IMG/VR virus record: IMGVR_UViG_3300046522_000748
Direction: 5' to 3' (one strand)
DNA: 64,000 nucleotides
Source: a virus
Taxonomy: Duplodnaviria; Heunggongvirae; Uroviricota; Caudoviricetes
The position numbers and the translations under genes are program-made. Under the pieces are notes generated by a model. The model was not told the DNA's origin, made no database searches, and was given only the letters and a program-made list of their open reading frames with translations. How positions within the stretch are numbered: position 1 is the stretch's first letter; the number at the start of each line of letters is the position of its first letter. Of the stretch, positions 46,217 through 56,590 are shown piece by piece.

Positions 46217-46642
46217 TTAACTCGAATGGGCGGCGCTTACAGAGTCCCATTTCAGGGTTTCTGTAGTTGATGTATTTGAGCGCTGATAATCCTTGAGCAT
46301 TTCGCTGTAACGACAATTACTAAAGTCGTACCGGCAGTGTGCGTTAATTATGTCAAGGAGAAGTGCTTTACTTTTATTACTCGAAAGTTCTTTAAAGGCA
46401 TCGAGGTCTTCCTTTTTCTTTTCAAGAACAAAATTGCTATTGCATTCGATCCCGGAGTTTTGACCGCAAAAAACGCGTTCTACGTTTTGATTGATAAAGG
46501 AGATAACGGCATCTCGATTCTCGGCAGTGTCAGAAAAACCCGATGGACTGATGAGGTCAATGCCTTGCGCTTGGCAGGTTGTCGCGGCCATCATTGAAAT
46601 GAATGCGAATGAAAACGCGGTGATAATATTTTTACCGTTCAA
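46217..46642 (-). CDS. small secreted protein
   Basis: Signal peptide MNGKNIITAFSFAFISMMAATTCQA. Confidence 0.45.
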   Translation of the reverse strand: MNGKNIITAFSFAFISMMAATTCQAQGIDLISPSGFSDTAENRDAVISFINQNVERVFCGQNSGIECNSNFVLEKKKEDLDAFKELSSNKSKALLLDIINAHCRYDFSNCRYSEMLKDYQRSNTSTTETLKWDSVSAAHSS

Positions 46643-46669
46643 AGTCTTTCTCCCAAAAGGCCGTGTTTG

Positions 46670-47341
46670 TTAATCTTTAGATGGTTCATCAATGTCTGAA
46701 ATAGGAGTGCCTGTCTGCTCAAGTCGCTCAGTCAACAATTCCGTCACTTCATCATTATCCTCTGGATCGAAGAGGTCGATGTCCATATAGACCGAAAAAA
46801 GAAGCTGATCGAGCGATATTTCCACAGTGCTTTGCGCAAAAACGGTCGCGATATTTTTCGGCTGCTTGTCACAAAGCATATTGGGATTTGGCTGACGGTC
46901 GATAATCTCGGCGTTCCGAATCTCGATAGGTAGATACAGCAGGTCTTTGAGGTTCAGGAGGCCGAGGGAAACGTCTCCTTGTGGGGTAACGCCCCATAGA
47001 TTGACCTGCTCTTGAACCGAGTAAAGCTCCGTACGAATGACATCCGTTGTTTTTTGCAGTACCAGATGGGTGATTTGATCATTGCCAGGGTTGGCAATTA
47101 GGCCAATGCGCGGTTTCGCTGCGACCGACAGGCGCAAAAACTCATCACCCCAATTGGACAACTTGAGCAAATCCGGATAATTGATCAGGAGCAGTTTTAT
47201 CGTGCGAAGAGTAAATGATGCGGCTTTATCGAACTCGATGTGCTCACCGATGACCGACAGTACATTGTCTTTGTTGACCAGAGTCGCATCGTCATCCAGG
47301 CGGCTCAGCAGGCCGGACTTGCAATCGAGTTTCAGCATCAT
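46670..47341 (-). CDS. hypothetical protein (223 aa)
   Basis: ORF. Confidence 0.45.
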   Translation of the reverse strand: MMLKLDCKSGLLSRLDDDATLVNKDNVLSVIGEHIEFDKAASFTLRTIKLLLINYPDLLKLSNWGDEFLRLSVAAKPRIGLIANPGNDQITHLVLQKTTDVIRTELYSVQEQVNLWGVTPQGDVSLGLLNLKDLLYLPIEIRNAEIIDRQPNPNMLCDKQPKNIATVFAQSTVEISLDQLLFSVYMDIDLFDPEDNDEVTELLTERLEQTGTPISDIDEPSKD

Positions 47342-47441
47342 TTCATCCTCACGTCATCCAACATAGTACGGTTCATCTGGTCATCGCGTCAATTTACTTA
47401 CATTGTGTTTAAACCACCCAGAACCCTTCCGGGTGACAGCC

Positions 47442-48047
47442 TTATAGATCTATGGAGGCGATCAGTTTGGGGGCCAGATCATAACTGTGGACAGCGATCA
47501 TGTGTCCCCAGCTATCAAAGCCTTCATGTGAGGTGTTAGCAAGTACAACTGGGTCGGTCAGCACGATGCTCAGTGCGCGAGCGGCGAAGCTGTCCAGTCG
47601 ATTAAAAAAGCTGTCATCACTGCGCTTGAGTTTTTCAACAAGCATGGCATCAGCCACTTCCGTTGGTTTATCACCAATCAGGCTGCTCCAGTTATTTCCC
47701 TCGCTCCAGTCATGCGTCATCTCTTCGGTATAAACTTGCAGGCTTCGCTCTGCAAAAATGGCCAGCGGGGTCTTGGCTCCATACTTCCCGCACTCTTCGC
47801 CGACAGGCCAAAAATCGCTCAACGGCCAACCATTATATACCTCGGTGGCGTCCATGGAGGCGGAGACATCAATCTCAAAACCTTCGCTGTATCGCCCACG
47901 GGTAATGCCCACGACGAACATGTCATACGGGTAGTCGCTTTGGTACTCAGCATCGAGGTCAAGTTTGACTTGCTGACCAATGAAAGGCGTACAGCCGAAT
48001 CGCTCTTTCCAGAACGCCAACGCCTCGGTAAAATTATTTTTCATCAT
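47442..48047 (-). CDS. hypothetical protein (201 aa)
   Basis: ORF. Confidence 0.45.
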   Translation of the reverse strand: MMKNNFTEALAFWKERFGCTPFIGQQVKLDLDAEYQSDYPYDMFVVGITRGRYSEGFEIDVSASMDATEVYNGWPLSDFWPVGEECGKYGAKTPLAIFAERSLQVYTEEMTHDWSEGNNWSSLIGDKPTEVADAMLVEKLKRSDDSFFNRLDSFAARALSIVLTDPVVLANTSHEGFDSWGHMIAVHSYDLAPKLIASIDL

Positions 48048-48101
48048 GATCCCTAACGTTAATCGATGGGAGAAGGCCGCATGCGCTGCGGCCCTCTGAG
48101 C

Positions 48102-48428
48102 TTAAATGGCGTTGTCGGCTGGACAGGTGATGTCCACTCTGGATTCGGTGGTAACCGGTTCCTGGAGATTGTTTTCACCCTTCTTCTTGTCCTTCAGGTG
48201 ACCGTCAATGGTGACCTTGTAACACTTGTCACCTTCCTTGATCTCTCGAACCCCCGTGAACATCATGGCAGATGTCAGTTCGGTATCGCCGTTTTCAAGG
48301 ATGATCGCATCAGCGAGATAGCCAATTTCATCACCACTCTCACTCAGCACCTGAATGTCAGGAGCCTCGGCAGCATAAACTGCGTTGGCGAACAGCAAAG
48401 CAAAAGCTGAAAAAACCATTTTGATCAT
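48102..48428 (-). CDS. small secreted protein
   Basis: Signal peptide MIKMVFSAFALLFANAVYA. Confidence 0.45.
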   Translation of the reverse strand: MIKMVFSAFALLFANAVYAAEAPDIQVLSESGDEIGYLADAIILENGDTELTSAMMFTGVREIKEGDKCYKVTIDGHLKDKKKGENNLQEPVTTESRVDITCPADNAI

Positions 48429-48472
48429 AAAAACCCCGTGGCTGACCAGACCATCTGGTCAGCGATGTTGTG

Positions 48473-49003
48473 TTATTTGGCGGCGAGGTATTCGTCGGCG
48501 AGTTTCTTGGCCAGCGCGCCGTCGTATAGGCCCTGGAACTGCTTGAGGTGCTTCATCACACCGCCGATGTTGGTCGCCTGCGAGGCTGCGATATGCTGGC
48601 GCAGCGTTTCATCGTCCATCAGGGGCGGAACAAATTGCTTCATGATTTCGTTTTCAGCGGCAAACTTCTCAGGTTCATAGCCGCTTTTGATCGATTCAAT
48701 GTTGCTTTTGATGAACTTGCGAACCTTGGCCTCAACCTTTTCGTCAGTGATCTCACTGTCGTCTTTGACCAGTTCGAATGTGATCAGGTATTCCACGCCA
48801 TCAACGCTCTTGGTAGCGTTTGGATCTTCAGGGCGCTCCATTTCCGCCGTCAGCGGAATCAGCTTTTCTTGATATTCCTTGCCGTTAATAGCGTCTTTTT
48901 CAAGAGCACCCAGAAGCTGGGTGGCAATGCTGCAAGCAATGACTTGATCTGGCTTGCCTCGGGTTTCAGTTCGCAGTTGTTGAATTTTCTGATACAGACT
49001 CAT
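48473..49003 (-). CDS. GatB/YqeY-domain protein
   Basis: C-terminal region (ATNIGGVMKHLKQFQGLYDGALAKKLADEYL) and overall helical layout resemble YqeY (…[32 protein letters not shown]). Confidence 0.4.
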   Translation of the reverse strand: MSLYQKIQQLRTETRGKPDQVIACSIATQLLGALEKDAINGKEYQEKLIPLTAEMERPEDPNATKSVDGVEYLITFELVKDDSEITDEKVEAKVRKFIKSNIESIKSGYEPEKFAAENEIMKQFVPPLMDDETLRQHIAASQATNIGGVMKHLKQFQGLYDGALAKKLADEYLAAK

Positions 49004-49203
49004 GTGCTTCTCCTACTCATTGTCACGATTAACGCCCGCTTATGCGATAGCGTTGCATTTATTTCTACAAAAACTAACCGCTTAAAATCAGCAAAACCCT
49101 TACGAAAAGGGTCTTGTCTTGTGCAATTTTCACAATCGGAACGGCTAGCTTGTTTATGTATTATATGCTTCTTTGTTGCCTATGTCAATTGCAATGACAG
49201 CAA

Positions 49204-49386
49204 TCACTGCTCATCAAGCTCTGCATCGCGCTCTTTCTCAAGCTGGGCTTCATATTCGCTTTGACGTTGTTGGTCTTCCTGGTCTTCAAGCTCCTTGCAC
49301 GGGTCGCAGTATGGAAGGCCAATCGGCCCGCTGTCTGTGATCCAGCAGAGGGGAGTGTTACAACGGAAGCAGTGGAGCCTGTACAT
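49204..49386 (-). CDS. small Cys-rich (zinc-ribbon-like) protein with acidic tail
   Basis: CFRCNTPLC...PYCDPC. The start is set at the in-frame Met downstream of the overlapping gene; the long ORF is 49204..49545. Confidence 0.3.
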   Translation of the reverse strand: MYRLHCFRCNTPLCWITDSGPIGLPYCDPCKELEDQEDQQRQSEYEAQLEKERDAELDEQ

Positions 49387-49441
49387 ATCAAACACCTGGG
49401 CAAATTCAGCAGAATGCTGGTTTATAATTGAAGTCGTTGCA

Positions 49442-50002
49442 TTAGGCTGCGGTGGACGTAATAACGCCTTTGCTAGCCGCTTGGGGTCGCGCCTCATCCG
49501 TGAGTCGGAGTTCTTCCGCCAGTTCAACCAAGTCGAGCGTCTCATAACGTGTAGGCGCTGAAACTGGGTAGGTCTGATACACGGTATCAGTGAGCTGGTT
49601 GAACATCAGGCTGTCGGTTAGCTGGGCGACATAATCCAGAACCGTAATTGCGTCGCCTGATAGATGGTCAAATTCTTCTTTGCCCACAAAACTAACCTCG
49701 ATTCGGTGCGGCCATTGTGTGTCATCGAATGTAGAACGGAAAAGGCGATTTGACGCCATCGACCGGCGCAGGGATTCGGAGTCAGGCCCATGGTGACCAA
49801 ACTTCCAGGTCTCTCCACTGATTGTCTGTCCATAGCGCAGGGCGCTGAGCCAGTCAGCGAGATAGAACATGAAAACGATTCGCTGAGCGGACAGGGTTGA
49901 GGACTGGCTCTTGTGAAGAAGATAGGCGGTAGCCTGTTGAATCTTGGTCATAGGGTTTTCCAGGCGAATATACCGGCAGTAGGCGCTGCGATAGCGCAAC
50001 AC
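49442..50002 (-). CDS. hypothetical protein (186 aa)
   Basis: ORF. Confidence 0.45.
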   Translation of the reverse strand: MLRYRSAYCRYIRLENPMTKIQQATAYLLHKSQSSTLSAQRIVFMFYLADWLSALRYGQTISGETWKFGHHGPDSESLRRSMASNRLFRSTFDDTQWPHRIEVSFVGKEEFDHLSGDAITVLDYVAQLTDSLMFNQLTDTVYQTYPVSAPTRYETLDLVELAEELRLTDEARPQAASKGVITSTAA

Positions 50003-50062
50003 CCATCAATTTGCCGATATTATGACTATGCGAACGACTTATGTCAACCTCAGTGACTTTGT

Positions 50063-51112
50063 TCAGGCAACGGAAAGGCTCATGCTCTGATTGGACACCT
50101 GTTTGGATGGCACGACCAGCGCGTAGCCCAATTTGAAGGCGCCCTCAACGTCTCGCAGGACAGTTCTGTACATGTAAGATGCCTTTTCTTTCATTTCTCG
50201 AATCTGCTGCTCGCTTTTGCCTCGGCCATCATTTTCAATGGTTTTGAAGATTGAGATTTTTGCGGCGACAAGTCCACTGATGACGCTTTTTACATCTCTG
50301 CCATTAACAGCCAATAGGGCTTTTTTCATTAACAGAATGCTGTCCTTATTAAACTCTCTATTTTCCATAATGAAGGAGTCAATAGTCCGCATGGTGGGGA
50401 TGAATGAGCAAACCTGTTTCATGGACGGAATATGCAGTTTGTGCGTAATGGGCTCATTCGCCTTCTTCTGGTCAAGAATGAACTGCTCCATGGAAATAGG
50501 CTTTGGTTCTGTCTCTTTCAGATGCGGCATGTACTTGATGATCATCTCGGCGGCTTGACGCAAATTCGTTGCCTCGGCGTATTCAGCTTGACGAGATTTA
50601 AAGCAATCGGAATAGCTGGCGCCTAGGCTGATAGAGCTGGCAAAGGACTGTTGAAGATCGAGTTCCGCTCGAAGATTATTGCTCTTGATGCAGGTCAATA
50701 TCTCGACTGCCTGGGTTAAACGTCGATCCGAGAGAGCCTGATACTCGGCATGGGCCTTTACATTCTTAATCAGGGTTTGAGTTTCCTGGTTTAGCTCAGA
50801 CGGCAGCGCGTCATAAATCTTGCTCATGATTGTATATTTGAGCTGATCAATCGACATGACATTTTTGTAGCTATCAGCACGCATCTGTGCAACAAACGAT
50901 AACGCCTCGACAGGGTGGTTGGCGTCTTGCTTCTTTAGGGTTTCTGCATAAAAATCATTGAATTTCTGAGAAATGCTAACGACTGAATTGTACATGTTCT
51001 TGATTTCATCAACGATAAAATCACGGTGTCCGTGCATTTCATTAAAGCTCTTTTCGAGAGTATCGTTAATGCTATCTTCCATTATGCATTTAAATTCTTT
51101 CAAACTCGGCAT
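50063..51112 (-). CDS. hypothetical protein (349 aa)
   Basis: ORF. Confidence 0.5.
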   Translation of the reverse strand: MPSLKEFKCIMEDSINDTLEKSFNEMHGHRDFIVDEIKNMYNSVVSISQKFNDFYAETLKKQDANHPVEALSFVAQMRADSYKNVMSIDQLKYTIMSKIYDALPSELNQETQTLIKNVKAHAEYQALSDRRLTQAVEILTCIKSNNLRAELDLQQSFASSISLGASYSDCFKSRQAEYAEATNLRQAAEMIIKYMPHLKETEPKPISMEQFILDQKKANEPITHKLHIPSMKQVCSFIPTMRTIDSFIMENREFNKDSILLMKKALLAVNGRDVKSVISGLVAAKISIFKTIENDGRGKSEQQIREMKEKASYMYRTVLRDVEGAFKLGYALVVPSKQVSNQSMSLSVA

Positions 51113-51194
51113 ACTTTAATCTCGTTTTTGATACAAGTATAACACAGCGAAAGTCAATATTTTTAATCATTAAAAAACCGCCCGAAGGCGGTCT

Positions 51195-51953
51195 TTAAAT
51201 TTCTACTACCAAGAATGGATCAAACTCCTTATTGGGGTATTTATTGGTGCCTCTGGGGTTGGCCACAACACGCGTATCTCCGATCATACAGTCGGTTTTT
51301 GAATGCATATGACCGTGTGCGTAAAAATCAACTTTATTGTACAGCAACATTGAGTCCAATTCAGAGCAATACATATAGTTGTGAGGATGGCCTTGATATA
51401 TGTCAGGCACACTTTTATGGGTAAGTGAGTGATGAGACAGCAACACAGTTTTGCCGTCAAAATCTTTTTCCAACTCACTTTGGAAATAGGACTTCGACTT
51501 CAGATGCTCAGACAAAATGAATTGTGAGTTAATGCGTTCATCTCGCTCATCATTATCGATGTACATGTAGTCCTTGGTAACGCCCATTCCTTGAATAAGG
51601 CACAAGGGATTCTGATTATTAAAATCAGTCCACAGCGTGGCACCGATAAAGCGAACATCGTTAATGACATGGGTGCTGTTTTGCAGCAAGAAAATATTTC
51701 CGTGAGACTTGGCCTTCTCTTCCCAGGCTGCGTAGGTATCTTTAAGCGAGCTGAGGTAGAACTCGTGATTACCCAGCACCAAGAGTACAGGTTTTGTATC
51801 AGCAATCCGGCGCACAAAGTCATAACCACGAGTGCCCTCATGAATATCACCCAGCACTGCGCAGGCGTCCGCCTTGCAGATAGGCGGTTCCATGCCCCAC
51901 ATGTCCAGATGGGGATCGCTAAACAGATGTAGGTTGAACGGTGGGCGGCTCAT
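51195..51953 (-). CDS. calcineurin-like metallophosphoesterase
   Basis: Motifs DPHLD, GDIHEG, GNHEF and GHMH in the canonical order. Confidence 0.65.
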   Translation of the reverse strand: MSRPPFNLHLFSDPHLDMWGMEPPICKADACAVLGDIHEGTRGYDFVRRIADTKPVLLVLGNHEFYLSSLKDTYAAWEEKAKSHGNIFLLQNSTHVINDVRFIGATLWTDFNNQNPLCLIQGMGVTKDYMYIDNDERDERINSQFILSEHLKSKSYFQSELEKDFDGKTVLLSHHSLTHKSVPDIYQGHPHNYMYCSELDSMLLYNKVDFYAHGHMHSKTDCMIGDTRVVANPRGTNKYPNKEFDPFLVVEI

Positions 51954-52019
51954 CGTGTGCTCGAAATTAAAGGATTCTTGAGTATTATGTTTGGGTTGCG
52001 GCCCTGTTTCAAGAGCCGC

Positions 52020-52754
52020 TTAGATTTGCTTGATTTTGACTTCCTTGAAGACAGCCTCTCTCACCGCTTGTGGTACGCCTTTCATGCCTTCATTCAGCAT
52101 GAAGTACAGATCTTTCGAGATCGCACGGGCCTCGTGGTGAATCGATTTCAGCTTTTGCTTATCGGCATCGCTGCTGTATTTGCGATCCTTGATCAGGGCG
52201 TTCACCTGCTCTTGCTTGGCCTTCATCTGAGCGTTCAGCCCCAGGATCTTGGTGACGATCTCGGTTTTCATCGCTTTCGCTTCAGCGGGCTTCAGGGAGC
52301 CGCTCAGCGTAATGTTGAAATGGTTCGCGAAGAGCTTGAGGAACTCTTCGACCTTGGCGAATTGAAAACTCTTAAGCGCTTGTTCGTCGTGATCGACAAA
52401 GAATGCCTTCAACAGCTCCTTGGCTTCGGACACGGAGAATTCACGGGAGTATTCCACCCCGCCGTCTTTGGACATTTTCACGGTGGCGCGCACAGTGTGG
52501 GCTTCCACGTTCTTGAAATTGAAACTGAAGGAGAACGAGGCGCCAGCGTTCACGAAACGATACAGGTAGATGCAATCGAAGGTGATGGGTTTGCGCAGGT
52601 TGGATTCATCCAATCCCCAGCAATTGAACTGATACGATTGACGGTTCAAATTGACCTTGTTGATGTGTGGCAGCGCCATAAAACCTTTCAGATGCGGGCT
52701 CAGCACCTGCATCGGCGTTTGTTGGCGTTGTCCAAATTCATCTTGCTTCATCAT
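52020..52754 (-). CDS. hypothetical protein (244 aa)
   Basis: ORF. Confidence 0.45.
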   Translation of the reverse strand: MMKQDEFGQRQQTPMQVLSPHLKGFMALPHINKVNLNRQSYQFNCWGLDESNLRKPITFDCIYLYRFVNAGASFSFSFNFKNVEAHTVRATVKMSKDGGVEYSREFSVSEAKELLKAFFVDHDEQALKSFQFAKVEEFLKLFANHFNITLSGSLKPAEAKAMKTEIVTKILGLNAQMKAKQEQVNALIKDRKYSSDADKQKLKSIHHEARAISKDLYFMLNEGMKGVPQAVREAVFKEVKIKQI

Positions 52755-52780
52755 GGCGATCAGTTCCTTGTCTTGTTCAA

Positions 52781-53239
52781 TCAGTCTACATCGAAAGGTT
52801 TGAGGCGGTCTTCATCAGTATCGAAGTGATTCATCGGGTGTCGTGCCACCGTCTTTGCGTAGTCGGCATGGAAAACCACCTGCCTGCCACCCTTGATCAC
52901 GTAATTAGGGTCGGCTTCGATGATCTCAAGCACGCCTTCAAAATGGGTGCCCGCATTACGTTCATCCAGCGGAAACCACGACTGGTAATGCTCAAGGCAC
53001 TCAAAACCAAAAAACCAGTTCTCATCGAGCAACGATTTATCGATCTGGTCATTCTCTGGAAGGGGCCTGCGCTCATAGTAGTTCGAGTAATCCATGCACA
53101 TCACAGAGCCAATGTTGCTGTCGAGGGAAGTCTTGTAGCCATATCCTTCCTTATCGACCACGCGGTAGATCCGCACTTTTTCGCTGGCAACCTGACCTTC
53201 GCCATCGCGGATCAGGGACTTTCGTTGTTTCGTCTGCAT
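52781..53239 (-). CDS. hypothetical protein (152 aa)
   Basis: ORF. Confidence 0.45.
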   Translation of the reverse strand: MQTKQRKSLIRDGEGQVASEKVRIYRVVDKEGYGYKTSLDSNIGSVMCMDYSNYYERRPLPENDQIDKSLLDENWFFGFECLEHYQSWFPLDERNAGTHFEGVLEIIEADPNYVIKGGRQVVFHADYAKTVARHPMNHFDTDEDRLKPFDVD

Positions 53240-53307
53240 AGCCTTAACCTCTGCTTGAAATTTAATGCCGTTTTAGGGCCATTTCTCGCTGGGTGGGCTT
53301 GATGTAT

Positions 53308-53856
53308 CTATGTTGCATTGCCAAACGCCTCGTTGAAAAAGCGCAGCTCTTCTTTATATTGACGGTACTCATCAACGATAGTCTTGATGACGCCAAAATG
53401 CTGGTAAACACATGTGTCCATGTCTTTCGACAGATGCTCAAGCGCGCCCAGGATGTTCACCTTCTCCATTTCTCGGCGCGCCTTGTGAATGGCGGTGTAA
53501 ACCTGTAGATCCTCATCCATCAACACCTGATTAATCAGCGCGAATCGATTGTCTGAGACATGAAACGTCGGTTTATACGCGGCGTAGGCATTCTCGAATC
53601 GTCCACGAAGCGCCACCAGCTCCAGTGTTCGGATGCAAGCGAGGCATGCTGCGCCTTTGGTTTCGAGTTCATCAAAAGCCGCACGATCCAGCAGATAGCC
53701 CGGCTGTTCCGCGCTGCACATTGCATGGCCGTGCGCGCCTGCTACATCAACTCGAAGATGATTGTTAGTGGTGGTCATTGCTTGGCTTCCAAAAGGCTGG
53801 CGTCCAGTAGACGCGTTCAATGGGTTTATTTTAGCCATCTTGACCGCGCATGTCAA
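53308..53856 (-). CDS. hypothetical protein
   Basis: ORF; the start is uncertain. Confidence 0.4.
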   Translation of the reverse strand: MTCAVKMAKINPLNASTGRQPFGSQAMTTTNNHLRVDVAGAHGHAMCSAEQPGYLLDRAAFDELETKGAACLACIRTLELVALRGRFENAYAAYKPTFHVSDNRFALINQVLMDEDLQVYTAIHKARREMEKVNILGALEHLSKDMDTCVYQHFGVIKTIVDEYRQYKEELRFFNEAFGNAT

Positions 53857-53877
53857 TGATAATGACAGGCTGCCTCA

Positions 53878-53906
53878 TTGACTGACTACAACATTACTTG
53901 TATATT
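53878..53906 (+). promoter_or_regulatory. sigma70 promoter (TTGACT-N17-TATATT)
   Basis: TTGACT at 53878-53883, a 17-nt spacer, TATATT at 53901-53906, followed by an AAGGAG Shine-Dalgarno (53915-53920). Confidence 0.5.
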
Positions 53907-53928
53907 ATAGGAAAAAGGAGCCCCATTG

Positions 53929-54291
53929 ATGATTTACGCAACGCTGATTCGTCGTTATCTGCTACCGCTTATTGGTTACTCGGTTCTGGCAGCCCTGCTG
54001 GTTGTGGTGTGTGTCTGGAATTTTGAGGGCTTTCTGCCCGTTCTGTCATTTGGCGTGTTTTTGGGTGTCGTACTCTTCTGTATTCCTGTGCTTATTTACA
54101 TTGATTACAAAGAGGTCAAGGGGCACATTCGAAGTCTGAACGACGTGCGAAAAGGCGGCTCAGTGCCTGCTGACTACGTTGAAAAAACAATTGCCTTGGC
54201 GGCTGAAAAGACTGGCGTACCAGAGTTCGTGGTGTCCTACTTCTTCCGCCGAGCAGCTGCGATCAGCAACATCAAACAGCTCCAGGAGTAA
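53929..54291 (+). CDS. small membrane protein (2 TM)
   Basis: Hydrophobic segments; ATG lies 8 nt after the Shine-Dalgarno. Confidence 0.5.
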   Translation: MIYATLIRRYLLPLIGYSVLAALLVVVCVWNFEGFLPVLSFGVFLGVVLFCIPVLIYIDYKEVKGHIRSLNDVRKGGSVPADYVEKTIALAAEKTGVPEFVVSYFFRRAAAISNIKQLQE

Positions 54292-54295
54292 TTCA

Positions 54296-54880
54296 ATGAA
54301 TGCCATGTGGTGGTGTTTTGGTATTTCGGCATTTTGTCTTGCGATGGCCTATCGAGAGGTGGTAATTGAATGCCTGAAAGGTTTGGGGCTCCTCATTGGC
54401 TGGCTTGTGATCGAAGAACCTGTCTATGCATTAATCTTGGTGGTAGGCGGCATTTCGTATTTGATTTATGGCAGTCCTAAAGAGCTACTTGATGAGCCAT
54501 CTGAAGTTCAAAAAGTGGAAGTGCCGATCAAAGACAGCATACGTCTGAGTAATGATATCACTTATAATCTTGGAGAAATTGGCAGCAAATACCGAGTTCA
54601 ACTTGCTAACGGTGGCAATGACTTGGACTTCTCGGCTGATGATGTTATGGGTCAACTTCAGAAGGTATTTCCAAACGACGGTCGGCTTTTTGTAGCACCA
54701 GAAGTCGGTTGGTATTTTATTGGCAAATCCAGTTTGGCCATCCGGTCTGTTGAAGGGCACCCGGTAAACGACGATCTTTGCGTGCTCATTAATGAGCGAG
54801 CCTCAAAAGTGGTTGATAAGACTTTTGGATGCGTCCAGGCGCCTACAGAAAAAGACACTTACATCTGGAAGAAACTTTAA
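54296..54880 (+). CDS. membrane protein (start MNAMWWCFG)
   Basis: AGGAG Shine-Dalgarno and N-terminal TM helices. Confidence 0.45.
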   Translation: MNAMWWCFGISAFCLAMAYREVVIECLKGLGLLIGWLVIEEPVYALILVVGGISYLIYGSPKELLDEPSEVQKVEVPIKDSIRLSNDITYNLGEIGSKYRVQLANGGNDLDFSADDVMGQLQKVFPNDGRLFVAPEVGWYFIGKSSLAIRSVEGHPVNDDLCVLINERASKVVDKTFGCVQAPTEKDTYIWKKL

Positions 54881-55024
54881 GGGCTTGGCGAATGTTGCTG
54901 CATCAGCATCGCTGTCCTGCGCGACCTGAATGCCTCACCACGATCTACTATGGACTCTTTAACGTGCTTGCGTGCTCTTAATTAAATGTTGGATAATGAT
55001 AATTCAACTTTAATTGGAGTAAGT

Positions 55025-55411
55025 ATGCCTTATTATAATATTGTCGATGGTCGTTGTTATGTGGTGAAAGATAAAGACATCCCTGATGAAGACTTGTATG
55101 AAGCACGAGATTTGATTGCTGAGGATGCTGAGTTCAAAAGTCTTACAAGCGATGTTGAGGACGAAGGATTTGTACTCCAGGTTCAAGTAGACAGTGAAAT
55201 AGGTTGGCTTGGCTTGTACCTTGGAAAGTTAATTAATGATGATAATCACAGCTATCAGGGCAAGATCATCACATTTAGGAAAAATGACGCCGACCACATC
55301 GAATTTGAGACCAAAGTGGCTGCCTATGATCAGCGTGTTGAGTCGATCCTGAGCCGCCTGGATCTACCTCATACCAAAGACGTTGGAATTGTTTTCAATC
55401 AGTGGGACTAA
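55025..55411 (+). CDS. hypothetical protein
   Basis: GGAGTAAG Shine-Dalgarno before the ATG (MPYYNIVDG). Confidence 0.45.
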   Translation: MPYYNIVDGRCYVVKDKDIPDEDLYEARDLIAEDAEFKSLTSDVEDEGFVLQVQVDSEIGWLGLYLGKLINDDNHSYQGKIITFRKNDADHIEFETKVAAYDQRVESILSRLDLPHTKDVGIVFNQWD

Positions 55412-55496
55412 AGACAGCAGCCATAATTGTCAATCATGTTGACAGGGGTGGGGTTTTTAGCTATACTCCTCGGCATAAACCAACAGGGGATTATGG

Positions 55497-56540
55497 ATGA
55501 GCAAGAACCAAGCTTACGATGCTTTCACTGGTGAGAGTATTGATGACAAACAGCGTGTGATTGCTTTCCTGTTGGTCGATGAGGGCGCATCGCATCATCA
55601 AGCGCTACTGGAACACTCTGCCTCCAGGCCTCTGAGGCTGTCGAGTTTGCCTGTTCATGGCTATTGGGATGCGAAGTCGTCTGTTGTCGTTCCGGACAAA
55701 ACAAGCAATCTGGACGTACTGGTCTATTCCAGCTTGTTCGAGGGGTGCGCCAGTTTCATCGATGTTCAAAATCTGTTGAACGGTTATGTTAATGGGCCAA
55801 TACAGGAAGAAAACGGCGAAATAAACGTTTATTCCATGATGGTTATTTCCGAGCATACCTTTGAGGACATCAAGAAGATTCCGAAGGTCGCCATGTTCGG
55901 TCGAACATTCGATCCTGATAAATTCGTCACGGAAGTAAATGCCGTCGCTGATTTTTTCATAAAAATTGAGGAAAAGAGCGTCAGCGTTGATGAAAAGGTG
56001 CTCATTGGCATCAGGAACATTTTGGCTTTTAAATCAAAAATCAGGTCTTTTTTTGATGAAGTGCCACTCGAAGTGCCTCACGAAACCGTTCGCTCCGAAT
56101 TCGGCAACAATAGATCTCCATTTTCTGATGAGCTGAAGGCAGTCTTGAGTGATCTTTGTTTGTACGGTGATGGTGTTGTAGGTCATCTGGCGCAGAAACG
56201 TCGTAAACCTGCGCATTACGATGAATGCCTGCGGGGTCTGTTTGATGCCGGGTTTATGAATGAAGCCATGCATGCCATGAACAGGACATTTGCACCATCG
56301 GTGGCTCATACCTGTATTCCATCACCAGAAACTAATTTGGGCCTGATGGCTCCAGCTGTCATTCGGGAAATGGAGTTGATTCTTCGCCAGCAGGCTGATT
56401 ACATTCAGAACAGCGCCAGGGTTCTGGATCTTGAGGATCTAGACCATTCAATTGAGAAAATTCAGCAGGGTTTGGCTGTCGTAATGAGTCGGCGTAATGA
56501 GCTGATTGAAATGCAAAAAGCCAAGGCAAATCCCCTATAA
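55497..56540 (+). CDS. hypothetical protein (347 aa)
   Basis: AGGGGA Shine-Dalgarno before the ATG. Confidence 0.5.
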   Translation: MSKNQAYDAFTGESIDDKQRVIAFLLVDEGASHHQALLEHSASRPLRLSSLPVHGYWDAKSSVVVPDKTSNLDVLVYSSLFEGCASFIDVQNLLNGYVNGPIQEENGEINVYSMMVISEHTFEDIKKIPKVAMFGRTFDPDKFVTEVNAVADFFIKIEEKSVSVDEKVLIGIRNILAFKSKIRSFFDEVPLEVPHETVRSEFGNNRSPFSDELKAVLSDLCLYGDGVVGHLAQKRRKPAHYDECLRGLFDAGFMNEAMHAMNRTFAPSVAHTCIPSPETNLGLMAPAVIREMELILRQQADYIQNSARVLDLEDLDHSIEKIQQGLAVVMSRRNELIEMQKAKANPL

Positions 56541-56555
56541 GTGATCTGAGATAAA

Positions 56556-56590
56556 AACAAACCCGGACATGTCCGGGTTTGTTTATTCTG
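56556..56590. terminator. bidirectional terminator (perfect palindrome)
   Basis: AAACAAACCCGGACATGTCCGGGTTTGTTT. Confidence 0.6.
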
